Below, one piece after another: positions 19,279 through 29,778 of a DNA stretch of 64,000 nt. The stretch is from positions 12,468 through 76,467 of the forward strand of contig JBKJLC010000103.1 of NCBI GenBank assembly GCA_046597055.1, in the 5' to 3' direction. Both the position numbers and the translations under genes were made by a program. Each line of letters starts with the position of its first letter. Position 1 is the first letter of the stretch. A model generated the notes under the pieces. That model had not been told where the DNA came from. It did not search any database and saw nothing but the letters and a program-made list of their open reading frames with translations. Source of the stretch: Kofleriaceae bacterium. GTDB lineage: Bacteria; Myxococcota_A; Polyangia; Haliangiales; Haliangiaceae.

Positions 19279-19326
19279 GCACGACCCACGGCGGGACGTC
19301 GGACAGCGTGCCGCGGTCACCGCGGC

Positions 19327-19683
19327 TCACGACCTGCGAGCGCGCCGGCGGCGCCCACGGGCCATCACGCCGAGCGCGATCACCGCCAGCGGGAGGGCCG
19401 CGCCGCCATCGCGGGTCGCGCCGGTGCCACAGCCACAGCCACAGCCGCCATCAGTCGGGTCGACATCGTCCCCGAGCTTCAGGATGCCGAGATCGAACGT
19501 GGCGTTGTCGTTGGGCAGGTCGCGGTACATCGGGTGCCGGATCTCCTGCACGACCGCGACCTTCGTGGCCGCGCCGCCGTTGATCTGCGGGCCGAGGAAG
19601 ATGTTGCGCACGCCGCCGAGGCAGTGGCCCGCGGTCAGCACGGTGCGCCGCGAGATCACCGTGCCGCTGCAGAACGCGCCCTC
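19327..19683 (-). pseudogene. Truncated trypsin-like (S1) protease fragment fused to a MYXO-CTERM tail
   Basis: FCSGTVIS..VLTAGHCL and DLGILKL present; GDSGGP half and signal peptide absent; ends GGCGCGC..TM..RRRR. Confidence 0.7.
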
Positions 19684-19899
19684 GCGAGGCGCCGAGTGAG
19701 GACTCCGGGCAGCGCGCCAATGCGTGACCGCCCCCGGCGTGCCGGCGCTTCGCTGCCCCCGGCCGACCGCACGGGCACGCCGGGGTAGGGGTGGCTTCAA
19801 CGGCGGAACATGCGTCGGAGCCTATCGCACCCACCGCCCGGTGCGCTCGTCGCGGGCGACCGAGGTCACCCGGGCCACCGCGCGACCGGCGAGCGCGGC

Positions 19900-20520
19900 C
19901 TACTGCTCGATGCAGAACAGGCGCTGGGTCCCACCGCAGCCGCTGTTCTGGAGGCTCTGCCACACGCCATCCAGCGCGGTCGCGTCGCCGATCATGCCCG
20001 CCACCGTCGTGGTCGTCCCGAGGGTCCAGTCGTTGCACGTGCTGCCGGCGATCACGGTCCCGTTCGGGGCGCTCCCCGTCCAGGCCCGGTTGGGCGTGAG
20101 ATCGTTGCCCGCCTCGTCGAGGAGGATCGGGGCGATCAGGGTCCCCGCCACGAGCGCCTCGCGGCTGTTCGCGATCACCGCGCCGGTGACCCGCACGAAG
20201 CGTCCGATCGCCGGCAGCCGGTCGCGCGCGTGGATCGCGCCGGTCGACAGGTGTGCGCGCCACTGCCCCGTGAAGCCCCGCGCCTCCGCGGCGGCCTGGC
20301 ACTTCTGGTCACCGCCGGCGAGCCCGCCGAGGTTCCCGGTGAAGCTCGCGGTCGAGATGAAGATGCGATGCGAGACCTCCGCCGCGTCCAGCGGCAGCGG
20401 CGGGGCATCGACCTCGGGCCCGTCGATCCCGGCGCCGTCCGTCTCCGTCGACGCATCGAGCGTCGGTGGGGCCACGGTTCCGCATCCGACGGCAGCTACC
20501 ATCCAAAGTCGCGAGAGCAT
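19900..20520 (-). CDS. DUF1554/endostatin-like domain lipoprotein
   Basis: AAVGC lipobox; RIFIST..GNLGGLAGGDQKCQ..WRAHLS..AWTGS..CNDWT..LFCIEQ. Confidence 0.75.
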   Translation of the reverse strand: MLSRLWMVAAVGCGTVAPPTLDASTETDGAGIDGPEVDAPPLPLDAAEVSHRIFISTASFTGNLGGLAGGDQKCQAAAEARGFTGQWRAHLSTGAIHARDRLPAIGRFVRVTGAVIANSREALVAGTLIAPILLDEAGNDLTPNRAWTGSAPNGTVIAGSTCNDWTLGTTTTVAGMIGDATALDGVWQSLQNSGCGGTQRLFCIEQ

Positions 20521-20722
20521 CTGCGATGCTAGGCCCGGCCCGCTCGCCCGGTCAAGCAAGGCCTCGGGCACGCGCCACCCTTGCCGCCGGGTGCCTGGCA
20601 TCTCCGGACTGGCTGCCTGCGGTTGACCGGCCCTCAATGGCTCGCGTGGGCGCCGTCGCCCGTGGCGCATGAGGCGCTGCGATCGAACCGCACGCGATCG
20701 ACGTCGGGTATGTTCCGCGACC

Positions 20723-21871
20723 GTGACTCCCATCGTCATCAGTGGAAGCGGGCTCCAGGTCCCACCCGAGGTCATCAGCAACGACGAGCTGGTGGTCGCG
20801 TTCAACCGCTACGTCGAGCGCTACAACGCGCTGCACGCGGCCGCGATCGCCGCGGGTGAGCGCCCCGCCCTGTCGCCGTCCTCGTCCGAGTTCATCGTCA
20901 AGGCGTCGGGCATCCAGAACCGCCATGTCGTCGACAAGGCGGGGCTGCTCGATCCGACCCGGATGCGGCCCCACATCCCGGAGCGCAGCAACGACCAGCT
21001 GTCAGTGCAGGCCGAGCTGGCGGTCGCGGCGTGCCGTCAGGCCCTGACCGCCGCCAGCAAGACGCCGGCCGACATCGACGCGGTGATCGTCGCGTGCTCG
21101 AACCTGCAGCGGGCCTATCCCGCGGTGGCGATCGAGGTGCAGGCGGCGCTCGGGATCCGGGGCTATGCGTTCGACATGAACGTGGCGTGCTCGTCGGCCA
21201 CGTTCGGCATCGAGCAGGCGATGAACGCGGTCCGTGCGGGCACCGCCCGCGCCGTGCTCGTGGTGAGCCCCGAGATCTGCTCGGCGCACCTCGACTTCCG
21301 TGATCGCGACTGCCACTTCATCTTCGGGGACGTCGCGTCGGCGGTGGTCGTGGAGCGCGCCGCCACGGCGACCTCGAAGGTGTGCTTCGAGATCCTCGGC
21401 AGCCGGCTCGCCACCGTCTTCTCGAACAACATCCGCAACAACTTCGGCTTCCTCAACCACTGCGACGAGACCGGCGTCGGCAAGCGCGACAAGCTCTTCA
21501 TGCAGGAGGGGCGCAAGGTCTTCAAGGACGTCTGTCCGATGGTGGCCGACCATATCCGCAGCCACCTGACCGCGGTCGGGCTGGCCGCCTCGGACGTCCA
21601 GCGCTTCTGGTTGCACCAGGCCAACCTGGCCATGAACCAGCTGATCGTCCGGCGCCTGCTCGACCGCGACGCGACCGCGGCCGAAGCCCCGGTGGTCCTC
21701 GACGAATACGCGAACACCAGCTCGGCCGGCTCGATCATCGCCTTCCACCAGCACAGCGAGGATCTCCCTCCCGGTGCGGTCGGGGTGATCGCATCGTTCG
21801 GCGCAGGGTACTCGGTGGGTAGCGTGATCCTGCGCCGCCTCGGCGAGGTCGCGCCGGCCGCCGCCGCCTGA
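20723..21871 (+). CDS. fabH: Beta-ketoacyl-ACP synthase III (FabH-like, PA3286-type)
   Basis: DMNVACSS (Cys), LHQAN (His), YANTSSA (Asn), FGAGY. Confidence 0.9.
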   Translation: MTPIVISGSGLQVPPEVISNDELVVAFNRYVERYNALHAAAIAAGERPALSPSSSEFIVKASGIQNRHVVDKAGLLDPTRMRPHIPERSNDQLSVQAELAVAACRQALTAASKTPADIDAVIVACSNLQRAYPAVAIEVQAALGIRGYAFDMNVACSSATFGIEQAMNAVRAGTARAVLVVSPEICSAHLDFRDRDCHFIFGDVASAVVVERAATATSKVCFEILGSRLATVFSNNIRNNFGFLNHCDETGVGKRDKLFMQEGRKVFKDVCPMVADHIRSHLTAVGLAASDVQRFWLHQANLAMNQLIVRRLLDRDATAAEAPVVLDEYANTSSAGSIIAFHQHSEDLPPGAVGVIASFGAGYSVGSVILRRLGEVAPAAAA

Positions 21872-21956
21872 CCGGGCGTCCAGTGGGGCGTGGCGGGCCA
21901 CCAGCAATGTCGAGCGCACACTAACCGAGTGAACCGCGCGGGCTAGAGTGGTCGAG

Positions 21957-23000
21957 ATGACCGCTCCGACGACGCCGCCACCCAACATCCCCCGTGCGTT
22001 CGTCCTGGTGCTGATCGGCGCCGGCTTCCTGGTGCTGCTGCCGTACTGGGTCTGGCTGGTGCTGGCGGTGTGGGTCGCGCAGATCGGCCGCCGTGTCATC
22101 CGTCCGTTGTCTCGCCTCACCGGCGGCCGGCAACGCGCCGCCGCCCTGCTCACCGCGGCGCTGCTCGCCATCATGCTGATCCCGGTCGGTCTGGTCTTGG
22201 TCACTCTGATCTTCGATGCCACCGACATGGCCCGACGGCTCGCCTCGACCAAGGAGGTGAGCACGATGTTCGAGCAACTCGTCACCAGCTCGCCCAGCGG
22301 CGGCGCTCAGGGCGCCGGCGGCGAAACCAATCCGGTGGATCTGGTGATGTCGCACGGCATGCGGGCGTGGTCGGTGATCAGCGTGGTGTTCAAGGTCGCC
22401 GCCGAGGTCGCGCTCGGGCTCTTCATCTTCGTCAGCGGCACCTACGTCATCCTCGCTGACGGCGCGCTGGCCTACCGATGGGCCGAGCTTCACCTGCCCA
22501 TCGACTCGCTGGTGCTGCGCCGCCTCGCCAACTCCTTCACCGAGACCGGCCATGGCCTGTTCATCGGCGTCGGCGGCTCGGGCCTCGCCCAGGCCATCGT
22601 CGCCACCATCGCCTTCGTCGTGATCGGGGTTCCCGAGCCCTACGTCCTCGGCATCCTCACCCTCATGGCCTCGGTGATCCCTTCGATCGGCACCGCCCTC
22701 GTGTGGGGGCCGGTCGCCATCGGCCTCGCGCTCACCGGCCGCACCGACGCCGCCATCGTCCTCGTCGTCGTCGGCGTCGCCGTCATCGGCTCCATCGACA
22801 ACATCGTCCGTCCCATGTTGGCGCGCTGGGGCCAGCTCGACCTGCCCTCGTACCTCATCATGGTCAGCATGTTCGGGGGCCTCGCCCTGGTCGGCGCGTC
22901 CGGCCTCGTCCTCGGCCCCCTGGTGCTGCGCCTGGCCAAGGAAGCCCTGGTCATGAGCCGCGAGGCGACCACCGCCGCCAACGCCGAGGCCAGCGAATAG
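21957..23000 (+). CDS. AI-2E family transporter
   Basis: Multi-TM; IPSIGTALVWGP, IDNIVRP, FGGLALVGASGLVLGP. Confidence 0.9.
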   Translation: MTAPTTPPPNIPRAFVLVLIGAGFLVLLPYWVWLVLAVWVAQIGRRVIRPLSRLTGGRQRAAALLTAALLAIMLIPVGLVLVTLIFDATDMARRLASTKEVSTMFEQLVTSSPSGGAQGAGGETNPVDLVMSHGMRAWSVISVVFKVAAEVALGLFIFVSGTYVILADGALAYRWAELHLPIDSLVLRRLANSFTETGHGLFIGVGGSGLAQAIVATIAFVVIGVPEPYVLGILTLMASVIPSIGTALVWGPVAIGLALTGRTDAAIVLVVVGVAVIGSIDNIVRPMLARWGQLDLPSYLIMVSMFGGLALVGASGLVLGPLVLRLAKEALVMSREATTAANAEASE

Positions 23001-23433
23001 GTGACCACCGGGCCGGCGCCGCGGCTGATCAGGTGAGCGGTAGCCGGAGCGTGAACATCGTGCCGCCCTCGCACCACCCTTGTGGTGCCTTGTGGTGCGG
23101 GCCCGCGGAACGACCGCGGCCTGCGCGAGGTCAAGACCCACCCCGCGAGGCCGCAGCGATCGCGACGGCCCGCTCGCCGAGGCGCCGCACATCGGCGGTG
23201 CGGCCGAGGACGGCGCGGCGATCGCCTTCCCCGGCCGGGGCGCGGCGGCCCAGTCGGCCCCGATAGCCGGGCCGGCCCCGACCCATGGGCTCCGGCACCG
23301 ACGTTGCGGCCATGCGCGGGACCATCAAGCCCGCACCTGCTGCCGACGCTTCTACCGGCAGCAGAACCGGAGCTTCGGTTAGACCGGAGAGTCCAGAGGA
23401 CCCGACGCAGCCAAGCGTCGTCGCAAGTTGTCG

Positions 23434-23506
<73 letters not shown>

Positions 23507-23518
23507 GTTGGGAGGCGA

Positions 23519-23547
23519 AAGCTATACGGCCGACTGGCGCCAGGCAA
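23519..23547 (-). promoter_or_regulatory. Sigma70-type promoter of tRNA-Phe
   Basis: TTGCCT-N17-TAGCTT just upstream of the tRNA. Confidence 0.55.
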
Positions 23548-23571
23548 GCGGGTCCCGACGATTTTCGCGGG

Positions 23572-25647
23572 TCAGGTGACGGTGGTGGTCAGGGCGTCCC
23601 GGATGTTGCGGAGGAGATCCGCCGCGGTGAAGGGCTTGGGCAGCAGCCGCACGTCGTCGGAGAGAAGGCCCTGGGGGGCCAGGACGTCGCGATCGTAGCC
23701 CGACATGTAGACGACCCGGGTGTCCGGGCGGGTGGTGATGACCGTCTCGTAGAGGCGGCGGCCGTTCATGCCCGGCATGACCACGTCGGTGAGGAGGAGG
23801 TGGACCTCCCCGGCATGCGCGGCGATCATGTCGAGCGCCTCGGCCGGGGAGCCGGCGTCGAGGATCTGGTAGCCCTCGCGCGACAGGAGGCGCACCACCA
23901 GGCGCCGGACCGCGGGCTCGTCCTCGACCACCAGGATCGTGCGGTTGCCGGGGCTGGTCGACGGCCGCCTGGGGCGGCTGGCGCGCACGACCTGCGTGAC
24001 CGCGACCGGTAGGCGGATCTCGAAGCGGGTGCCCCGTCCGAACACGGTGTCGACCTGGACCGAGCCGCCGTGCTGCTCGACGATGCCGTACACGGTCGAC
24101 AGGCCGAGGCCGGTGCCGCGCCCGGGACCCTTGGTCGTGAAGAACGGCTCGAAGATGTGGGGCAGGCTCTCGGCATCGATGCCGGTGCCGGTGTCCTCGA
24201 CCGCGATGCCCACCATCGGGGCGTCGGCGACCTCGACCGGGAAAGTCGAGAAGCGGAGCACGCCGCCGACCGGCATCGCATCGCGGGCGTTGATCGCCAG
24301 GTTGAACAGCACCTGCTGGAGCTGGGTGGTGTCGGCGCGCACCACCAGGCCCGGCGCCAGGCACAGCTCGATCTCGAGGTGTGCCGGCAGGGCGTGCCGC
24401 AGCAGCTTGAGCGCGCGGTTGACCTCCTCGGCCAGGTCCAGCTCGCGGAGCTGCAGGACCTGCTTGCGCGAGAAGGCGAGCAGCTGCCCGACCAGCTCGC
24501 GGGCGTCGATCGCCGCCGAGACGATCGACTGGATCAGATCGGCATGCGCCGAGTCGCGGCCGAGCGCCGACTTGACCATGTCGGAGCCCATCAGGATCGG
24601 CGTCAGCAGGTTGTTGAGGTCGTGGGCGACGCCGCCGGCCAGGAGCCCGAGCGACTCCATCTTCTCGGCCTGACGCAGCGTCTGCTCGAGCTCGGCGCGC
24701 ATGGCCTCGCCGTCGGTCCGGTCGTGGATGGCGAGCGCCAGCGCCAGCGCATCACCGACCGAGCCGGCGAACCCGCGCTCGTCGCTGGTCCAGGCGCGGG
24801 CACCGCGCTGCTCGTGGCAGAGGACGCCGAGCAGGCGTCCGTCGCGGCGGCAGGCCGCGTGCAGCACCGACGTGATGCCGTGGACCTCGAAGTACGCGGC
24901 GTGCTCGGCGATGGCCGGGTGCGCGCCGACGTCCGCGGCGGCGACGGTGCCGTCCTGGCGCAGCGTCTCGAGGTAGAGCGAGGTGGCCGAGGCCGCCAGG
25001 GTCAGCGCTGACGCCATCGTGCCGCCGGCGCGCTCGGCCAGGGTCATGCAGCGCAGCAGCCCGCCGTCAGCGTCGAGGAGCCAGACGCTGACCCGGTCGA
25101 TCTCGAAGGTCTCGCCGAGGTCCTTGCAGACGCTCGCGAGCACGTCCTCGACCGCGCTGCCCTCGACGATCCGACGCACCACACGCTGCAGGGCCTCGTG
25201 CTGGCAGAGCGTGCTGCGGCGCCGGCGCTGCTCGAGCGCGCGGCCCGCGACCTCGTCGGTGACGTCGGTGCACACCGCCACCACCGACCCGCTCGGGTCC
25301 CGCCCGCCGCGGACGCGCATCCACCGCGGGGCCGCGCCGGTGCACAGCCGGAACCGCAGGTCGATCGGCCGGCCGTCGGCGCCGTCGGTCAGCGCCATGA
25401 GCAGCGCGCTGCGGTCGCCGGGCTCGATGCATGCCAGGAACGCCTCGGCGCCGAGGGTGACCCCGGTCGGATGCGAGAGCTCGGCCCCGGTCACGAGGCC
25501 GGTCGCCCGCACCGGATCCCAGCGCCACACCGCGACCCCCGCACTCCCCAGCGCCGCGGCCACGCCGTCGAGGGGATCGGCGCTCGCGAATGTGGGGCCC
25601 GACACCATCGAGGCGGATGATACCGCGGGTGGACGATCCACCGACAC
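23572..25647 (-). CDS. Hybrid histidine kinase (PAS-like, GAF, HisKA, HATPase, receiver)
   Basis: GVAHDLNNLL, NLAINARDAM, FFTTK..GTGLGL, LLTDVVMPG, KPF. Confidence 0.92.
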   Translation of the reverse strand: MSVDRPPAVSSASMVSGPTFASADPLDGVAAALGSAGVAVWRWDPVRATGLVTGAELSHPTGVTLGAEAFLACIEPGDRSALLMALTDGADGRPIDLRFRLCTGAAPRWMRVRGGRDPSGSVVAVCTDVTDEVAGRALEQRRRRSTLCQHEALQRVVRRIVEGSAVEDVLASVCKDLGETFEIDRVSVWLLDADGGLLRCMTLAERAGGTMASALTLAASATSLYLETLRQDGTVAAADVGAHPAIAEHAAYFEVHGITSVLHAACRRDGRLLGVLCHEQRGARAWTSDERGFAGSVGDALALALAIHDRTDGEAMRAELEQTLRQAEKMESLGLLAGGVAHDLNNLLTPILMGSDMVKSALGRDSAHADLIQSIVSAAIDARELVGQLLAFSRKQVLQLRELDLAEEVNRALKLLRHALPAHLEIELCLAPGLVVRADTTQLQQVLFNLAINARDAMPVGGVLRFSTFPVEVADAPMVGIAVEDTGTGIDAESLPHIFEPFFTTKGPGRGTGLGLSTVYGIVEQHGGSVQVDTVFGRGTRFEIRLPVAVTQVVRASRPRRPSTSPGNRTILVVEDEPAVRRLVVRLLSREGYQILDAGSPAEALDMIAAHAGEVHLLLTDVVMPGMNGRRLYETVITTRPDTRVVYMSGYDRDVLAPQGLLSDDVRLLPKPFTAADLLRNIRDALTTTVT

Positions 25648-25772
25648 CGTTCAACCGGGATGATCCCGACCGGGTCCATTCGGGCGGGCCCTGGTCACGA
25701 CCGCACACTTCCCGCGCGCCGCGGTCGACGAAGCGAGCGCCCGGGCCCCGTTCGCGATAGAAACGAGGGGTC

Positions 25773-27632
25773 ATGGCCCAGACCGAGCCCAGGTCGCCGC
25801 TGCCGACCTCCGCTCCCGGCGAGGACGAGGCGCGCCTGGGCACCATCATCGATGGTCGCTACCGGCTCGATCGCCTGCTCGGCAAGGGCGGCATGGGGGT
25901 GGTGTACCGGGCCGAGCACGTGGCGATCCGCCGGACGCTGGCGGTCAAGCTCCTGCACCCGACCCTGGCCGCGCTCCCCGAGCTGCGGTCGCGCTTCGAG
26001 CGCGAGGCGATCGCGATCGGCCTGATCGACCACCCCAACTGTGTCGGCGTGTCCGACTTCGGGCGGCTCGAGGACGGCACGCTGTTCCTGGTCATGGAGC
26101 TGCTCGACGGCCGGTCGCTGGGCGACGTGCTCGACGCCGAGGCCCCGCTGGCGCCCGAGCGTGCGCTCCGCATCCTGCGCCACGTGCTCGCCGGTCTCGG
26201 CCATGCCCACGGCGCTGGCATCGTCCATCGCGACGTCAAGCCGGAGAACGTCTACCTGGTCGCCACCGACAACGACCCCGAGTTCGCCAAGATCCTCGAC
26301 TTCGGGATCGCCAAGATGATCAACGGCGGCGAGGTCGACGACGGCGTGCGCCTGACCCAGGCTGGCGTCGCGTTCGGCACCCCGGTGTACATGTCGCCCG
26401 AGCAGGCGCTCGGCAACCCGCTCGATGGCCGCTCCGACCTCTACGGCGCGACCGTGATGGCCTACGAGATGCTGTGCGGGCGGCCGCCGTTCTGGGCCGA
26501 CGACAAGCTCGAGATCTTGTCGATGCACACGACCCGGCCGCCGCCGGACATGAACGAGATGCTGGCGCGGGTGAAGACCGGCGTCGCGATCGCGCCCGCG
26601 ATCGAGGAGCTGATCCTGCGCGGGCTGGCCAAGCGGCGCGACGACCGCTGGCCCACCGCCGGCGAGTACATCTCCGCGGTCGACGAGATCCTCGACATGC
26701 TCGGCGATAACACCGCGCGCGCCCCCCGGGCCCCGACCGCCCCGGGCCTGGGCCGGCTCGGCACCGGCCCGGTCCAGTTCGCGTCGCCGACCTCGTCGGC
26801 GCTGGCCCCGCGGGCGGCCGGCGCGTCGCGGCCGATCCTGCTGGGCAATCCGACGCGACGGCGGTCGGCCGGCCGGTCGCGCACGGTGATCGCGGCGGTC
26901 GCGCTGGTCGGCGCGGCGGCGCTCGGCATCCTGATCGCGCTGCTCCTGCGCGAGCCAAGCCGACCAGCGGCGCCCCGGCTCGACCCGACCACGCTGGCCG
27001 GCAAGGCGGCGGCGCTGCTCGAGCGCGGCAACCCGGTCGGCGCGATCAAGACGCTCGAGGCCGCCCGGAAGGAGCTGGCCAGCGACCCCGAGTCGCAGCT
27101 GGTCCTCGGTCACGCCTACGCGGCGCAGCGCAAGAACACCGAGGCGATCGCCGCCTACCAGCGCGCGCTCGAGCTGGACGGCAGCCGCGGCCGCGACGAG
27201 CAGCTGCGGGCGAACCTGCGCGTGATCGCCGGCGACACCGACGTCGACGCGGTCACCGCGGCGCTCGGCCTGCTCGCGGGCAAGGCCGGCGACCGCAGCG
27301 CGCACCAGCGCATCATCGAGCTCGCGTCGGGTCCCGAGCGCACCCTGCGCAAGCCGGCCGCCGCGCTCGCCGAGAAGCTCGGCCTCGGGGCCGAGGTCGA
27401 CTGGTTGAAGAGCTACCTGCTCGACCTCGAGCAGGGCGAGGTGTGCGCGCAACGCAAGGAGGCGGTCACCAAGCTGCGCGCGCTCGGCGACGCCCGCGCG
27501 ATCCCGGCGCTCGAGCGGGCGCTCCTGCGCAAGGGCAAGGTCGGCAAGTGGAACGGCAAGAACGTCAACGAGTGCCTGGTCGGCGACGCCCGGGCCGCGA
27601 TCGCGTACCTGCACGGCCTGGCCCCGCCGTGA
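25773..27632 (+). CDS. Membrane Ser/Thr kinase with extracytoplasmic TPR and HEAT-like repeats
   Basis: LGKGGMGVVY, AVK, HRDVKPEN, DFGIAK, YMSPEQ; TM; LGHAY..EAIAAYQRALELD; LGDARAIPALE. Confidence 0.92.
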   Translation: MAQTEPRSPLPTSAPGEDEARLGTIIDGRYRLDRLLGKGGMGVVYRAEHVAIRRTLAVKLLHPTLAALPELRSRFEREAIAIGLIDHPNCVGVSDFGRLEDGTLFLVMELLDGRSLGDVLDAEAPLAPERALRILRHVLAGLGHAHGAGIVHRDVKPENVYLVATDNDPEFAKILDFGIAKMINGGEVDDGVRLTQAGVAFGTPVYMSPEQALGNPLDGRSDLYGATVMAYEMLCGRPPFWADDKLEILSMHTTRPPPDMNEMLARVKTGVAIAPAIEELILRGLAKRRDDRWPTAGEYISAVDEILDMLGDNTARAPRAPTAPGLGRLGTGPVQFASPTSSALAPRAAGASRPILLGNPTRRRSAGRSRTVIAAVALVGAAALGILIALLLREPSRPAAPRLDPTTLAGKAAALLERGNPVGAIKTLEAARKELASDPESQLVLGHAYAAQRKNTEAIAAYQRALELDGSRGRDEQLRANLRVIAGDTDVDAVTAALGLLAGKAGDRSAHQRIIELASGPERTLRKPAAALAEKLGLGAEVDWLKSYLLDLEQGEVCAQRKEAVTKLRALGDARAIPALERALLRKGKVGKWNGKNVNECLVGDARAAIAYLHGLAPP

Positions 27633-28288
27633 TCACCGGCCGCGTCGCGGCCGCGGCGGCGCTGCTGACGATGCTCGCGGCCACCCCGGCGCAGGCCGAG
27701 CCGTCCGACCGCGACCTGGTGCTGCTCGGCGTCGCGATGATCGTGCCGACCTACGGGGTCGGCGTCGTCACCCACGAAGGCACCCACGCGGTCGCGGCCG
27801 AGCTGCTGGGCGCCGACACCACCGCGTTCCGGCCCTGGCCCGGTCGCGACCCGAGGACCGGCGCGTTCCAGATGGGCCTCACCCGGGTCCGCGGCCTCGT
27901 CAGCAAGCGCGATCGCCTCATTTTCTTCCTCGCGCCCAAGCTCACCGATCTGGTGCTGCTCGGCGGTTACCTGGGCTGGTACGAGTCGAGCGCGTACCCG
28001 GCCGGCCCCTACGGTCAGCTGGTCGTGACCGTGCTCGCGACCGGTTTCTGGGTCGACTTCGCCAAGGACACGCTGGCGTTCAGCCGCCACAACGACCTCG
28101 TCAAGGCGAGCCGGTTGATGGGCCTCGACACCGAGTGGAGGCGGCTGCCGTTGCGGCTCGGGTTCGCGGCGGCCTCGGCCGGGCTCGGCTACCTGGTGTG
28201 GCGCGGCCACGACCGGCTGTTCGCGTCGAACGACGCCGAGCCCGGGGCCCCCGCCGTGCTGCTCCCGCTCAGCAGCGGCCGGTTCTGA
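27629..28288 (+). CDS. Membrane protein with HExxH motif (M50-like metallopeptidase)
   Basis: GTG overlaps kinase stop; VTHEGTH next to a TM, FLAPK, downstream NDL; ends SGRF. Confidence 0.6.
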   Translation: MITGRVAAAAALLTMLAATPAQAEPSDRDLVLLGVAMIVPTYGVGVVTHEGTHAVAAELLGADTTAFRPWPGRDPRTGAFQMGLTRVRGLVSKRDRLIFFLAPKLTDLVLLGGYLGWYESSAYPAGPYGQLVVTVLATGFWVDFAKDTLAFSRHNDLVKASRLMGLDTEWRRLPLRLGFAAASAGLGYLVWRGHDRLFASNDAEPGAPAVLLPLSSGRF

Positions 28289-28383
28289 TTCTGAAGCCCC
28301 GCTGAGCCGCGCTCGCAGGACTTGTTGACGCGGCCGGCTGACGCGGTGTACGCGTGCTCCCCACACTGCGCGAGGGGACGTCG

Positions 28384-29742
28384 ATGCACGCCAGGACCTG
28401 TCTGTTACTTCTCATCGCGACCGTCGCGATGGCCGCCTGCGAGTTCACGCCGGGCACCGGCGCTGACAACGGCGGCGACGACGGCGCCGTCGTGGGGTTC
28501 GATGCGCCCCTCAGCTCGAGCGCCGATGCCGCGACCTCGCCCGACGGCCGGGCCCCGACCCCGTCGACCCCCGGCGGCGCGTGCTCGTGCGACGCAGACT
28601 GCGCGTCCGAGGGCGCCAACGCCGGGGTCTGCATCTACGGCGTGTGCATGACCCGCGCGGCCGGCGCCTGCCCGTCCGGTGGATCGACCCAGGGCTGCCC
28701 GGCCGGATCGCGGTGCTGGAACCTGTCGGACACCGACGAGGTCGGCCCGCTGTGCTGGCCCGACTGCGCCAGCCACACCTGCAGCGGCACCTGCGACAGC
28801 GACCAGTCGTGTGCGCCGGCCGAGGGCGGGGACTGCGATCCGGCCTGCGGCGCGGCGTGCAGCTGCACGCCGACCTCGTGCCCGACCGGCGAGATGTGCG
28901 TCGGTGGCACGTGCGTCGAGCAGATGAGCGGCGGCCCCGGCGCCGGACCCGGCCCGGCCTGCCCCGGCTTGCCGGCGCGCGACTGCACCGGAGCGACCTG
29001 CGGCCAGCTGGTCTCGTTCAGCCCGCGCACCAGCGCCGCGTGGGACGACTATCCGATCAACGGCGAGACCGCCGGCAACCAGTACCGGAGCTTCCTGCGC
29101 CGCGATCTGCAGATGCTGGTCGCGTACGCGACCTCGAAGGTCGCCTGCAAGACGGCGGCGTGGTCGGGCGGCAACGGTGGCGCGCTCGGGCTGGGCGACA
29201 TGAGTGAGGCCAACGGCGCGATCCCGGGCACGTCGATCGGTCAGCCCGGTCACCCGGCCAACACCCACGTCAGCGGCTACGACATCGACCTCGCCTACTA
29301 CCAGACCGGCACCGCCAACAACCAGCTGCGTCCGATCTGCGCGTTCGTCAGCGGTGGCGTCGACCAGAATCACTGCGTCGCCGCGCCCGACAAGCTCGAC
29401 GTCTGGCGGACCGCGCTGTTCCTCGGCGCGATCTTCGAGAGCACCCGCACCCGCGTGATCGGCGTCGATGGCCAGGCCGGCCCGCTCCTGATGTCGGCCA
29501 TCAGCCAGCTGTGCTCGACCGGCTGGCTCGAGGGGGCCGCGTGCAACAACCTCGCGCTCGCCTACGAGACGACCGACATGAACCTCGGCTGGTTCCGCTT
29601 TCACCATCACCACGCGCACATCAGCCTGAAGCGGGCCAGCCTGATCGAGCCGACCACCCCGCACGGCTGCGCCGCCGACGACTGTGTGCCGACCGCCAAG
29701 AGCCGTCCCGGCCGCAGCGCTGGCGTCCATCGCCTGCGCTGA
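28384..29742 (+). CDS. Cys-rich lipoprotein with C-terminal MepA-like (LAS) murein endopeptidase domain
   Basis: Lipobox MAAC; over 20 Cys in the N-terminal half; GDMS..GH..THVSGYDID (H-x6-D)..HHHHAH (HxH). Confidence 0.7.
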   Translation: MHARTCLLLLIATVAMAACEFTPGTGADNGGDDGAVVGFDAPLSSSADAATSPDGRAPTPSTPGGACSCDADCASEGANAGVCIYGVCMTRAAGACPSGGSTQGCPAGSRCWNLSDTDEVGPLCWPDCASHTCSGTCDSDQSCAPAEGGDCDPACGAACSCTPTSCPTGEMCVGGTCVEQMSGGPGAGPGPACPGLPARDCTGATCGQLVSFSPRTSAAWDDYPINGETAGNQYRSFLRRDLQMLVAYATSKVACKTAAWSGGNGGALGLGDMSEANGAIPGTSIGQPGHPANTHVSGYDIDLAYYQTGTANNQLRPICAFVSGGVDQNHCVAAPDKLDVWRTALFLGAIFESTRTRVIGVDGQAGPLLMSAISQLCSTGWLEGAACNNLALAYETTDMNLGWFRFHHHHAHISLKRASLIEPTTPHGCAADDCVPTAKSRPGRSAGVHRLR

Positions 29743-29778
29743 TCGGTCCCGATGGCCGTCCGCCCGCCGGGCCCCCGC

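Noticed and set aside
19900..23000. Biosynthetic gene cluster around fabH
   Set aside because: No ACP, PKS/NRPS or tailoring genes nearby
23001..23433. Prophage or ICE at tRNA-Phe
   Set aside because: No integrase and no duplicated tRNA 3' end seen
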